Assembly: GCA_031291825.1 (NCBI GenBank)
Contig: JARLIG010000009.1
Location: forward strand, 136,058-200,057
Source of the DNA: Minisyncoccota bacterium
GTDB taxonomy: Bacteria > Patescibacteriota > Minisyncoccia > Phycocordibacterales > UBA9973
DNA length: 64,000 bases
Reading direction: 5' to 3'
Made by a program: the position numbers and the translations under genes. Shown here in pieces: positions 10,683 to 19,706 of the stretch; position 1 is the stretch's first letter, and each line of letters begins with the position of its first letter. The notes under the pieces were generated by a model. That model was given only the letters and a program-made list of their open reading frames with translations. It did no database searches and was not told where the DNA came from.

Positions 10683-11381
10683 ATGAGAATCAATAAATAC
10701 CTAGCTGACCAAAAAATCTCCACCCGCCGAGGTGCGGATGAACTTATTAAGGAAAAGAAGGTTTTTATCAATGGGAAATTAGCAGAATTGGGCAGCCAAG
10801 TCAGCGAAGGCGACAAGGTAGAAGTCCGAGACGCCAAGCCAAAAGAATATAAATACTTTGCTTACAACAAACCGGTGGACGTCATCACTCACTCCCCTCA
10901 AGGCGAAGAGAAAGACATCAAAGAAACCATTAAAAATTCTTTAATTCCGAAAGATGTCTTCCCGATTGGCCGACTAGATAAAAATTCCCATGGGCTTATC
11001 ATCCTCACCAACGACGGACGCATTACCGACCAGCTCTTAAATCCAAAATATATTCACGAAAAAGAATATGTTGTGCGAACTTCAAACAAACTCCGCTCAA
11101 GTTTCAAACAAAAAATGGAAGCTGGGGTAAAAATTGAAGACTATGTCACTAAAAAATGCAAAGTCAAAATCGTTGATGAATTTACTTTTCGCGTAATTTT
11201 AACCGAAGGCAAGAAACACCAAATCCGCCGTATGTGTTCTGCCCTCTTTCAAGAAATCGCTGACCTGAAACGAGAGAGAGTTATGAATATAAAATTGGGA
11301 AATTTAAAACCAAACGGTTTTCGAGAAATCAAGGGAGCAGAATTAGCTACTTTTCTAAATCAAGTATTTCATCAATCCTAA
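10683..11381 (+). CDS. rRNA pseudouridine synthase (RsuA/RluB/RluF family)
   Basis: S4 domain MRINKYLA..STRRGAD; catalytic GRLD; LTEGKKHQIRRM. Confidence 0.93.
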   Translation: MRINKYLADQKISTRRGADELIKEKKVFINGKLAELGSQVSEGDKVEVRDAKPKEYKYFAYNKPVDVITHSPQGEEKDIKETIKNSLIPKDVFPIGRLDKNSHGLIILTNDGRITDQLLNPKYIHEKEYVVRTSNKLRSSFKQKMEAGVKIEDYVTKKCKVKIVDEFTFRVILTEGKKHQIRRMCSALFQEIADLKRERVMNIKLGNLKPNGFREIKGAELATFLNQVFHQS

Positions 11382-12843
11382 TTTGTTTGATAAATTCTGG
11401 AACGTGAGAAACGAGAACCATCGCGCCAGCGTATTTATCTAGGGCTTCGGCAATAATCGGCAAGTGACGGAAATTAATATGGTTTGTCGGCTCATCCAAT
11501 ATTAAAAGTCCGGGCTTTTGCAAAACCAATCTAGCAAAAGCTACCAACCCCTTCTGCCCTTCCGATAAGTCGCCGATTTTTGTGCGGATAAATTCTCCAG
11601 TAATTAAAAATCCAGCGGCGACAGAACGCATATGCTCTTCATTTAATTTTTCTCCGCCCTCAATCATCGCTGAAGCTAAAGATTGATATACTGTGTCTTC
11701 AAAATTTAGTGTAGAAAAATCTTGCCGGTAATATCCAATGCGTATCCCCTCTGCCACCTTTTCTCCATCGGCCTTGCCACTCGCCAATCTCTCTAGAAGT
11801 GTTGTCTTTCCAATACCATTTGGTCCTTGTAAAAGCAAGTGGCCTTTTTTATTTAGAGAGATATGAGCTTTGTGTTTTATAATCTTTCCATTTTTCATCG
11901 TCGTAAAAGCAGAAATATTTAAAACTTCTCCAATTAAGTCCGGCTGGGAAGGAATTATAAACGGCCTAATCGCTTTATCTTCCTTGCGTACGTCCACAAT
12001 CTCTTCTTCGAGTTCTTCCGCTTTTTCACGCATACGCTTCGCCACCAGTCGCAAACGTCCGCCCTTGTAAGCAAAAACATTGGCTTGGTCTTTCTTCGCC
12101 TGAATTTCTTTTTGCAACTGCGCATTTTTCATATTCTCTTTTTCCACCCGCGCGGTAATATCTTTCACGACATTAAAATAATTTCCGACATATTGCTCAA
12201 TCTTTTTCGTATAGACATCCAAATAAAGCACGCCTTCGGTAAAGGCATTTAAAAATTCTGCATCGTGGGAAATAATTAAAACCGTTTTTTTATAATTAAC
12301 TAGAAAATTTGTCAGATGGGCAATTCCGGCTTTGTCTAAATTGTTTGTTGGCTCATCCAAGAGCAATAAATCTGGGTCTTGAATGAGTGCCGAAGCGAGT
12401 AAAAGCCGTGCTTGCTGTCCGCCGGAGAAAGTATTTATTTTTTTGTCGTGAACTTTCGTGTGCCCTTTTAGATTTACTACTTCCAGCACATCGTCAATCT
12501 TGGGGTCAATATCATAAACCTTATCCTTAAAAGATTTCTCAAAAAATTCTCGTACAGTAAAATCCATCTGCTCGCGTGGAATTACTTGCTGTGATGTCGC
12601 AATACTGACTCCTTTAACTATATTTATTATTCCAGACTCTGGCATTGACAATCCCGCAATTAAACCAAAAATAGTACTCTTCCCTGCTCCATTCTGCCCC
12701 ATCAGGGTGAGTTTCATCCCGCGTCTAATAGTAAAACTAACCTCGTCTAAAATAGGCTTATTTACACCCCATTCAAATGAGACTTTCTCAAATCGGACTA
12801 TGGTTTCTTTGGTTTTTTGATTATCGTTTGTTTCTTTCTGCAT
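11347..12843 (-). CDS. ABC-F family ATPase
   Basis: Two ABC domains (GQNGAGKS, GPNGIGKT, two LDEPTN motifs), no TM. Confidence 0.92.
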   Translation of the reverse strand: MQKETNDNQKTKETIVRFEKVSFEWGVNKPILDEVSFTIRRGMKLTLMGQNGAGKSTIFGLIAGLSMPESGIINIVKGVSIATSQQVIPREQMDFTVREFFEKSFKDKVYDIDPKIDDVLEVVNLKGHTKVHDKKINTFSGGQQARLLLASALIQDPDLLLLDEPTNNLDKAGIAHLTNFLVNYKKTVLIISHDAEFLNAFTEGVLYLDVYTKKIEQYVGNYFNVVKDITARVEKENMKNAQLQKEIQAKKDQANVFAYKGGRLRLVAKRMREKAEELEEEIVDVRKEDKAIRPFIIPSQPDLIGEVLNISAFTTMKNGKIIKHKAHISLNKKGHLLLQGPNGIGKTTLLERLASGKADGEKVAEGIRIGYYRQDFSTLNFEDTVYQSLASAMIEGGEKLNEEHMRSVAAGFLITGEFIRTKIGDLSEGQKGLVAFARLVLQKPGLLILDEPTNHINFRHLPIIAEALDKYAGAMVLVSHVPEFIKQIRIDEILDLEK

Positions 12844-12861
12844 TTATACAGACTAGCCTAT

Positions 12862-13842
12862 TTAAGGTAAAATAGAAAGTTTATTTTTAAGTTTATAAGT
12901 ATTTCCACGAGAAAGCATTCCTAAATAAGACTGTTGGGACTCTTCTTTAGGATTTTCCTTTAATCGTTTGAACATCCTCCTTTTCGTACTAGTTCTTAAA
13001 ACTCTATGCTTTGAAAAATTAACCCAGCCGAGAAAATCAACTCCCGAAGCAATGGTTTTAATGTAAACCTTATCAGGATGTAATTGTAACTTTAATTCTT
13101 TCTCTAAGAAATCACTGATTTTTGGCAGCAATTCTTCAAGATACTTTTTGTCATCACTCAATATCACAAAATCATCCGCATATCGTATATAATGTTTTAC
13201 TTTTAATTCTCTTTTTACATATTGGTCAAACTCATTCATGTAAATATTCACTAGCAGTTGGGAAGTGAGATTACCGAGCGGTAAACCAACTTCAACTTCT
13301 GGCTTGGTGGAAAAACTATCTATTACTTGAAAAAGTAACCATAAAATATCTGTGTCAAAGACGGTCTTTGACAGTATCTCTTTTAATATTTCATGGTCAA
13401 TATTCGCAAAGAATTTTTTGATATCGCACTTCAAGACGAAACAAGTTTCTGTATTGTTTTTGGAAGCTTTGAGAGAGAAATCACGAAACCTGTTTACGGC
13501 TTTATGAGTTCCTTTATTTATCCTACAAGAATATGAATCGTGGATGAATTTAGAATCAAAATTTGGGTATAAAATTCTGTAAATTGCATGGTGAAGCAAT
13601 CTATCCCGGACATTTGCCTTGTGAATATTTCTTGGTTTTGGGTCTGAAATATTAAAAGCAACATATCCCCCATGTTTGTATGCTTTATTTCTTAAATCTT
13701 TATGTAGAGATAAAATATTATCCATAAAATGCAATTGAAAAATCTCCACATCTTCTTTATTTCTTTTTCCATGTAGAAATTCTTTCCAAGCCAGAAGCAA
13801 ATTTTCAACAGAGGTCATTTTTTCAAAATTTATTGCATCCAT
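12862..13842 (-). CDS. DGR reverse transcriptase (likely start ATG 13842, 326 aa)
   Basis: RDRLLHHA, KCDIKKFF, GLPLGNLTSQ (DGR-type), YADD, GVDFLG; no maturase or endonuclease domain; TATAAT 6 nt upstream of 13842; adjacent TR/VR. Confidence 0.95.
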   Translation of the reverse strand: MDAINFEKMTSVENLLLAWKEFLHGKRNKEDVEIFQLHFMDNILSLHKDLRNKAYKHGGYVAFNISDPKPRNIHKANVRDRLLHHAIYRILYPNFDSKFIHDSYSCRINKGTHKAVNRFRDFSLKASKNNTETCFVLKCDIKKFFANIDHEILKEILSKTVFDTDILWLLFQVIDSFSTKPEVEVGLPLGNLTSQLLVNIYMNEFDQYVKRELKVKHYIRYADDFVILSDDKKYLEELLPKISDFLEKELKLQLHPDKVYIKTIASGVDFLGWVNFSKHRVLRTSTKRRMFKRLKENPKEESQQSYLGMLSRGNTYKLKNKLSILP

Positions 13843-13881
13843 GTTATGATTATAGTTTATCAGTATTAAAATTAAAAAAAA

Positions 13882-14266
13882 ATGACAAATAAGACCCCCC
13901 CCCACTTGGAAAATTTTACCAGTTTTAGAAATTATTAAAGGAGTTTACATAGAGTGGCAGAAATGTTTACCAACTATTCCGAAAACTTCGCGGTATACTT
14001 TAGCCGAAACAATAGACAAATATTTTATCCAAACCATTGAAAGTATTTTGGTTGCAAGTTTTTTGGAAAAACAAGAAAAACAGCCATTTGTCCGAAAAGC
14101 TATTATTTCACTTGATACTTTGAAATTTCTTTTATATATACTCTGGGAAATTAAAGCATTGGACACTAAAAAATTTACTGCTTTATCGGAATCACTTGCG
14201 ATAACTGGAAAACAACTCGGTGGTTGGCATGGACAACTTGTAAAACAAAACTCTCCCACAAAGTAG
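13882..14266 (+). CDS. avd: DGR accessory variability determinant (Avd-like four-helix bundle), frameshifted at a C9 tract
   Basis: Frame from 13901 reads PTWKILPVLEIIKGVYIEWQKCLPTIPKTSRYTLAETIDKYF...LDTLKFLLYILWEIKALD...GKQLGGW; ATG 13882 joins this frame only if C-run 13895-13903 is 8 (or 11) long. Confidence 0.8.
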
Positions 14267-14271
14267 GAGAG
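14251..14271 (-). other. Hairpin just 3' of TR (DGR spacer region), overlapping the avd stop codon
   Basis: Minus strand CTCTCCTAC-ttt-GTGGGAGAG. Confidence 0.5.
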
Positions 14272-14283
14272 AAATGAAAAAAG

Positions 14284-14394
14284 TTGCGACGGAGAGCCGG
14301 GTTGCACGCATCCCAGACGTCGTCGAGGCGGTTCCAGTTCAGAATCACCTTGTCGCCATTCTCGATGAGATACGGCACATTATCGTCCTGGACG
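14284..14394 (-). repeat. DGR template repeat (TR)
   Basis: 111-bp ungapped match to 14766-14876; all 16 mismatches are A in TR on the minus strand; rich in AAC/AAT/GAC codons. Confidence 0.97.
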
Positions 14395-14633
14395 AACGTA
14401 TAAAACACCATCTGTGCCACCACCCTTTAAAATTCCTTCGGAATAGTTCGGGGTTGAATATTATTTCGCATAACAATGCGTCAGTATTCTATACCAAGTA
14501 TTTTCATTTTTTATGAAGTTTCTGCGTATATCACTCTGCTTGAAACCTTAATCTCAAACACTCTCGATATACGGATACTGGTCTCGGCAGAAAGAAATCG
14601 TAATCGCTTTCAGATTCGCCTACTACCATACTT

Positions 14634-14642
14634 AGTATATCA
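14634..14642 (-). promoter_or_regulatory. Putative extended -10 promoter for the TR-containing DGR RNA
   Basis: Minus strand TG-A-TATACT right after the target-gene terminator. Confidence 0.45.
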
Positions 14643-14649
14643 AAATATA

Positions 14650-14696
14650 AAACAAAAAGGCCTGGCACCATCACCGAAGTGACAACACAAGGCCTC
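14650..14696 (-). terminator. Intrinsic terminator of the DGR target gene
   Basis: Minus strand GAGGCCTTGTGTTGTCAC-TTCG-GTGATGGTGCCAGGCC then TTTTTGTTTT; C(UUCG)G tetraloop, G-U pairs. Confidence 0.75.
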
Positions 14697-14712
14697 AAGA
14701 TAAAACGAATGC

Positions 14713-14755
14713 AGGACTAAGATCAAAAATTCAAGAAAACCAAAGTCTTAGTCCT
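14713..14755 (-). promoter_or_regulatory. Inverted repeat downstream of VR/IMH (candidate DGR homing hairpin)
   Basis: AGGACTAAGA (14713-14722) and TCTTAGTCCT (14746-14755), 6 nt beyond the target stop codon. Confidence 0.6.
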
Positions 14756-14761
14756 TAGAAC

Positions 14762-15241
14762 TTACTTGCGACGGAGAGCCGGGTAGCACGCAACCCAGAC
14801 GTCGCCGAGGCGGCGCCAGAACAGAAGCACCCCGTCGCCATACTCGACGAGAAACGGCACATGACCGTCCCGGACGCTTCGCCAACCGAATATGGCCTTT
14901 CCCGCAAAATGCTTCCGGAAAAAATCGATGCCTTTGGTTTGTATCGCTTTGAGTTCGTCAAGGTCCACGCAACCAGCGAGCAGACCAGTTTCTTGCAGGT
15001 GTGAGTAAATCACGCGACCGCGTGTCCAGCCCGTCTTCTGGTCTTCGTGCAACCAAAGTTCGGTGCGACCCTCCACGATAGCGGTAACGATATCGCCACC
15101 ACGACGCAAAGAATCACGGATTCCAACGAGACGATCGCGTCCAGCTTGACCGAGCAGAGTGAGGTCCTCTGTTGTCCAACCTGCGGCTGCAAGTGAATTA
15201 CCAGTCTGACGCAACTGTCCATCTGAAAAGGTTGAAGACAT
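14762..15241 (-). CDS. DGR target protein (159 aa) with C-terminal variable region
   Basis: VR encodes the last ~37 aa (VRDGHVPFLVEYGDGVLLFWRRLGDVWVACYPALRRK); AAAGGAG RBS; GC-rich. Confidence 0.9.
   Translation of the reverse strand: MSSTFSDGQLRQTGNSLAAAGWTTEDLTLLGQAGRDRLVGIRDSLRRGGDIVTAIVEGRTELWLHEDQKTGWTRGRVIYSHLQETGLLAGCVDLDELKAIQTKGIDFFRKHFAGKAIFGWRSVRDGHVPFLVEYGDGVLLFWRRLGDVWVACYPALRRK
14766..14876 (-). repeat. DGR variable repeat (VR) with IMH end
   Basis: Copy of TR diversified only at adenines; invariant GC-rich 3' end CCGGCTCTCCGTCGCAA. Confidence 0.97.
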
Positions 15242-15542
15242 GTCTTTCTCCTTTATGGCACATGTGCCATTGCTGTTTGTATTTGGCTTTCGCCACAGCT
15301 TTTAAGAAACACTTGTCAAACACCCGATGTTTGACACTTTTATTTCCTTAAAGCTATGGCGATTACGTAATTTAAAAGAACTTATTAACCCATGTATTAT
15401 ACACCTAAATTGTATTTTGTCAATTACCCCGCTTGACAAACTTATTACCTTTATGATATACTTGTAACTACAAAGTAGGTTCGAAAAGAGTCGATTTCTA
15501 AGGGATATCTATTTGTATTTAAAAACATAAACATAAAAATCA

Positions 15543-15740
15543 ATGACTGGTACAATAAAAAGATTGACTGACAAAGGTTTCGGCTTCATTACTGGAGAAG
15601 GCTTACAGAAGGATTTATTCTTCCACAGCAACTCTCTAGTTGGCGTAACTTTTGACGAGCTCAAAGAAGGTGATACTGTTTCTTTCGAAACAGAACAATC
15701 ACCAAAAGGATTGAATGCTGTGAACGTTCAACGCGCATAA
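15543..15740 (+). CDS. Cold-shock protein (CspA family)
   Basis: KGFGFI (RNP1), LFFH (RNP2), KGLNAVNV. Confidence 0.95.
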   Translation: MTGTIKRLTDKGFGFITGEGLQKDLFFHSNSLVGVTFDELKEGDTVSFETEQSPKGLNAVNVQRA

Positions 15741-15750
15741 TATTCTCTCT

Positions 15751-15784
15751 ATACAAAAAGCCCCCACTCGGGGGCTTTTTGTAT
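15751..15784 (+). terminator. Intrinsic, likely bidirectional, terminator
   Basis: ATACAAAAAGCCCCC-actc-GGGGGCTTTTTGTAT. Confidence 0.85.
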
Positions 15785-15791
15785 TTTTAGT

Positions 15792-15898
15792 AGTTCAGAA
15801 AATATATTTTATAAAGCAATCTATCTCCGCAAGCTTGCGGAGCGAACTGCTCGGCGCGCCCGCCTGCGCAAGGCTTTCTAAAACATATTTTCTGAACT
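15792..15898 (-). repeat. Palindromic element, family A (intergenic)
   Basis: 26-bp arms (24/26 match); core TGC-GCA-GG-CG-GGCG-CG-CC-GA-GCA on minus strand. Confidence 0.8.
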
Positions 15899-15899
15899 C

Positions 15900-17687
15900 C
15901 TAACTTTGCCTTTTACCATGTAAAAGCATATCAACGGCGTGTTGCATGTCTCCAGCTAGCGTTACCTCTCCCCCGTTTACAAAGAATATTTCATCTGCGT
16001 TTTCAATCGTATTTAGGCGGTGCGCGATAATCACGCGAGTTGTATTTACCGGTAATTTTCTTAAAATTTCTTCTAGTAATTGCTCTGTCACGGTATCGAT
16101 GTTTGCTGTCGCCTCGTCTAAAATCAAAATATCAGGATTACGAAGCACTGCGCGTATGAAAGCAATGAGTTGCTTCTGTCCGAGACTGATAGCGTCACCA
16201 CCTGGATGAATTCTGGTGTCTAACCCTTCCGAAAACCTATCTAGTAATTTTGTGAGGTTAGCCTTTTCTAAAACTTCGGTTAGTTCTTCGTGGGAAAATC
16301 CCGCATGTTCCTTGTTCCCATAGATAATATTTTCGTAAACCGTTCCAGTAAACAAGAATGGTTCTTGTAAAATAAATCCGATTTTTTTTGCCCGTTCTTC
16401 TCCGCTGTATAGTCTGATATCTTTGCTTTCCAAATATATTTCACCCTGTGCTGGATCGTACAACCGCGCCATGAGTGAAGCTGTAGTGGTTTTACCACCG
16501 CCCGTCGGACCAACAAAAGCATAAGTTTTTCCTTTTTCTAATTTGAAATTTATATTTTTTAAAATTTCTTTACCCTCTCCATATCTAAAATAGACATTTT
16601 TAAATTCCAAAATTGTTGAGGTAGAAGAAGAAATTATTGGTACATTTACTTCTTCAGGTGATAATATTTTTATATTTGATTCCAAGGTCAAAATTTCAGA
16701 AATACGGTCGAGGCCAGCAAGCGCAAGCTGTAGTGATGGCCAAACTGAAGCCAGCTGTCGAAGTGGATTGTAAAAATTGTTCACATAAAGGAGAAAACTG
16801 ATTAATAAACCAACCGTAAAATGTCCGACAGAAATTAAATAAATACCATAAGCTAAAACACCTATCTGCCCCAATATCCCCGCCAAGGTGTAAAGTGGAG
16901 TGAAAACGTTGCTGGCGATACCAGCTGAAATAGATGCTTTATAATTTACTTCATTACTTTCTCTAAATTTATCACGGAAATAATCTAATCGATTAAATGC
17001 CACAATCACTTTGAAGTTATTGATACTTTCAGAAATTTCACCACTCATACTGCCTAAGGTTCGCAAGCTCTTAAGACTAGTGCGTTTAACCCAAGGTGTA
17101 AGGAACTGTGTCACAACGAGAACGATAACTGCGGGAATTAAGGCCACACCACCCAAATGTATATTAATAGCTAAAAGAAATATTCCCGTGCCAACAATTA
17201 AAACTATATTACTAATAAACTGCATGAAGGCTTGCGAAAAAAATTGATTGAGTTTGTCTGTATCATTATTTATACGCGAGATAATATCACCTTCTTTGTT
17301 TTGATTAAAAAACGCAACAGGTAGAGCTTGTAGTTTTTCAAAAATTTTATTACGTAAATTGAAAAGCAGTCTTCTGCCAACCCCACCCATGACTTTTACT
17401 TGTATATAACTGGAGATAAGTCCGACAATGTAAACAGCGGTAAGTAAGATAGAAAACATTAAAACCCCGTGAAAATTTTTACCCTGAAGATAAACATCCA
17501 CGATATGTCCAATAATAATCGGCACGACAAGAGTTGCCGCCGAAGAAACAAAAATTGCAGCTAAGGCAAAGATAACCGAATTCCCTTCTTCTTTCATTAA
17601 GGGAATGAGTCTCTTAAAAGCGGTGACTAATACACCCTTTTCTTTTTCCTTTGCTATATCAGTTTTGTTTAAAGAATAATCACTCAT
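15900..17687 (-). CDS. ABC exporter subunit (TMD+NBD), heterodimer partner
   Basis: Multiple TMs, GPTGGGKT, ISLGQKQ, LDEATA. Confidence 0.92.
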   Translation of the reverse strand: MSDYSLNKTDIAKEKEKGVLVTAFKRLIPLMKEEGNSVIFALAAIFVSSAATLVVPIIIGHIVDVYLQGKNFHGVLMFSILLTAVYIVGLISSYIQVKVMGGVGRRLLFNLRNKIFEKLQALPVAFFNQNKEGDIISRINNDTDKLNQFFSQAFMQFISNIVLIVGTGIFLLAINIHLGGVALIPAVIVLVVTQFLTPWVKRTSLKSLRTLGSMSGEISESINNFKVIVAFNRLDYFRDKFRESNEVNYKASISAGIASNVFTPLYTLAGILGQIGVLAYGIYLISVGHFTVGLLISFLLYVNNFYNPLRQLASVWPSLQLALAGLDRISEILTLESNIKILSPEEVNVPIISSSTSTILEFKNVYFRYGEGKEILKNINFKLEKGKTYAFVGPTGGGKTTTASLMARLYDPAQGEIYLESKDIRLYSGEERAKKIGFILQEPFLFTGTVYENIIYGNKEHAGFSHEELTEVLEKANLTKLLDRFSEGLDTRIHPGGDAISLGQKQLIAFIRAVLRNPDILILDEATANIDTVTEQLLEEILRKLPVNTTRVIIAHRLNTIENADEIFFVNGGEVTLAGDMQHAVDMLLHGKRQS

Positions 17688-19419
17688 ATTGGTTCATACT
17701 TTTTTGTGAATCATAAATTTGCACATATTCCGGAGAAGATTTTAATAGTTCTTCGTGTGTCCCTTTAGCCAAAACTTCCCCTTCCATCAGTAAAACAATT
17801 TGGTTGTAGTGTTCAATTGATTGAATTTTTTGTGTGACCGAGATTAGTGTTAGGTCCGGATAATTTTTAGTAATATTGTCCAGAATCTTTGCTTCAGTCT
17901 GATTATCAACTCTTGATGTAAAATCATCTAGTAAAAGTATTTTTGGATTAAGCGCGAGCGCGCGAGCCAGCATAATGCGTTGCTTTTGACCACCAGAAAG
18001 ACTCGTCCCTCGCTCAGAAACAACTGTGTCTAGTTTCTCCGGAAGAGTATCAATAAAATCTTGTAATTCAGCTGTACTAATTGCCTTTTCTAGGTAAGCA
18101 TCTTTAGCCAAGTTACTGAAGGCGATATTCTCACGCAAACTTAAGTTGAACAAAATACTATCTTGAAAAACAAAACCGATTTGGCTGTGTAAACTTTCTT
18201 TGTCGTATTCATTTATATTTTTACCATCGATGATAATCTCTCCTTTAGTTGGATAAAGAAGTCCTGTTAATAAATAAAGCATTTGGGTTTTTCCAGCAGC
18301 CGTCGGACCAATAATGGCAGTTTTACTGCCAGCCAAGACTCTAAAAGAAACGTCTCGCAAAGCAGCTTTTTCTCCAAAAAGCACAGTTACGTCTTTGACT
18401 TCAATATCGCCTCTAAGCGTTGATGCTAATGTTCCATTTTTCTTTTCTTTGGATACATAGAGCACTTCCCCGATACGTCCATAAGAAGCACGCGCCGAAG
18501 CAATAACGTTGGTCATAAAACCAATTATCAAAATAGGAAAAATAAGAATTGCCAGATAGCTGTTAAAGGCAGTAAAGTTTCCGAGAGTCATAGTACCTTG
18601 GATGACAAAGTGTCCGCCCAAAACAACAATTACCAACGTCGCTAGGTTGGTAAAAAAAGTAATAACTGGAATAAGGCTGGCAAATAAAGCTAGAATATTT
18701 AAACTGATTCTTTTCGCTTCAGTACTAGCAACTAAAAATTTATTATATTCAATATCTTTTGAGTTGAGTAATCGAATAATTCCAGAACCCAAGATACTTT
18801 CACTAATGACTTTGTTTAACCAATCAATTGCTTTCTGTGATTCCAAAAAAAGTTTCCTGACTTTAGATAAAACATAAAAAAATGTTACTGCAATGATTGG
18901 TACAATAGCTAGCACGCATAGTGCCAACCTAAAATTAATTAAAAGCAACAGCACGGCTGCGCCGATAATTAAGAAAACGGAAGAAATAATAGAAGCGATA
19001 GCGGTAGACACAAAAGTCTTTATCGCATCAACATCGGAAGTCAGATTGGTTAAAAGTTTAGCAGGAGTGATTCTTTCAATGTAGGAATATTCTTGAATTG
19101 AAATCTTAGCGGTTAATTCGTTACGTAAATCTCTCGCAACTTTTTCAGAAACATAAACCTGAACAATGTTTTGTAAGTAAGTAAAAATAAAAACCAGAAC
19201 TGCAACAATAGAAAATTCTATAATTAAACGACTGACAACAAAACTACCTTTCATATAGGTATCAATAGCATTTGCGATAATTTTCGGCACAATCAAATTA
19301 AAACCATTGCCAACGATAGTAACAGCTATAAGGATAAAAAGAAGAAGTTTATATGGTTTTAGCAATCCAAAAAGACCAGGTTGATTTTGTTTTTCTTTTT
19401 TAGTATCCAAAATTTTCAA
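17680..19419 (-). CDS. ABC exporter subunit (TMD+NBD), degenerate-site partner
   Basis: [21 protein letters not shown] (non-canonical Walker B). Confidence 0.92.
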   Translation of the reverse strand: MKILDTKKEKQNQPGLFGLLKPYKLLLFILIAVTIVGNGFNLIVPKIIANAIDTYMKGSFVVSRLIIEFSIVAVLVFIFTYLQNIVQVYVSEKVARDLRNELTAKISIQEYSYIERITPAKLLTNLTSDVDAIKTFVSTAIASIISSVFLIIGAAVLLLLINFRLALCVLAIVPIIAVTFFYVLSKVRKLFLESQKAIDWLNKVISESILGSGIIRLLNSKDIEYNKFLVASTEAKRISLNILALFASLIPVITFFTNLATLVIVVLGGHFVIQGTMTLGNFTAFNSYLAILIFPILIIGFMTNVIASARASYGRIGEVLYVSKEKKNGTLASTLRGDIEVKDVTVLFGEKAALRDVSFRVLAGSKTAIIGPTAAGKTQMLYLLTGLLYPTKGEIIIDGKNINEYDKESLHSQIGFVFQDSILFNLSLRENIAFSNLAKDAYLEKAISTAELQDFIDTLPEKLDTVVSERGTSLSGGQKQRIMLARALALNPKILLLDDFTSRVDNQTEAKILDNITKNYPDLTLISVTQKIQSIEHYNQIVLLMEGEVLAKGTHEELLKSSPEYVQIYDSQKSMNQYE

Positions 19420-19421
19420 AT

Positions 19422-19703
19422 TTATTCGCCTTGGCTAAACTCTTCCCCTTTAGCCCATTTTTTTAAATTATTATAGTCAGTCTCTCCACAAATCCATTTA
19501 TTAGTTTTAGTATTATAGAAAAATGGTACTCCACCACAAAATTCTTTATCGAGCTCAAGCAAACGAGCTTCATTTTCTTTGTTGTGCCAAACTTCTAAAC
19601 TTTCAATCTTTATTCCTTCCTCTTTTTCTAATTTTTCCACAAGTTCATGCATCCGCACACAGTGTGGGCATTCAGTTCCATAAAACTCTAAAAGATGGTT
19701 CAT
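19422..19703 (-). CDS. Thioredoxin/glutaredoxin-like protein
   Basis: CPHC motif and GVP cis-Pro motif. Confidence 0.85.
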   Translation of the reverse strand: MNHLLEFYGTECPHCVRMHELVEKLEKEEGIKIESLEVWHNKENEARLLELDKEFCGGVPFFYNTKTNKWICGETDYNNLKKWAKGEEFSQGE

Positions 19704-19706
19704 TTT

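Noticed and set aside
12862-13905. RT as a group II intron, retron or CRISPR-associated RT; ORF-track start at 13905
   Set aside because: Short RT without maturase domain plus an A-specific TR/VR pair indicates a DGR. The MGGGLICHFF extension is the antisense of the avd 5' end; ATG 13842 has a correctly spaced -10 box.
13945-14307. 120-aa minus-strand ORF
   Set aside because: Antisense shadow of avd with no recognisable motifs.
14175-14516. ORFs 14175-14423 (-) and 14274-14516 (+) as proteins
   Set aside because: They are translations of the template repeat and its antisense; similarity to the target C-terminus is explained by TR/VR homology.
3901-15241. Large genomic island integrated at tRNA-Arg and carrying the DGR
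   Set aside because: The tRNA 3' duplication encloses only about 124 bp; no integrase or further att copy was seen.
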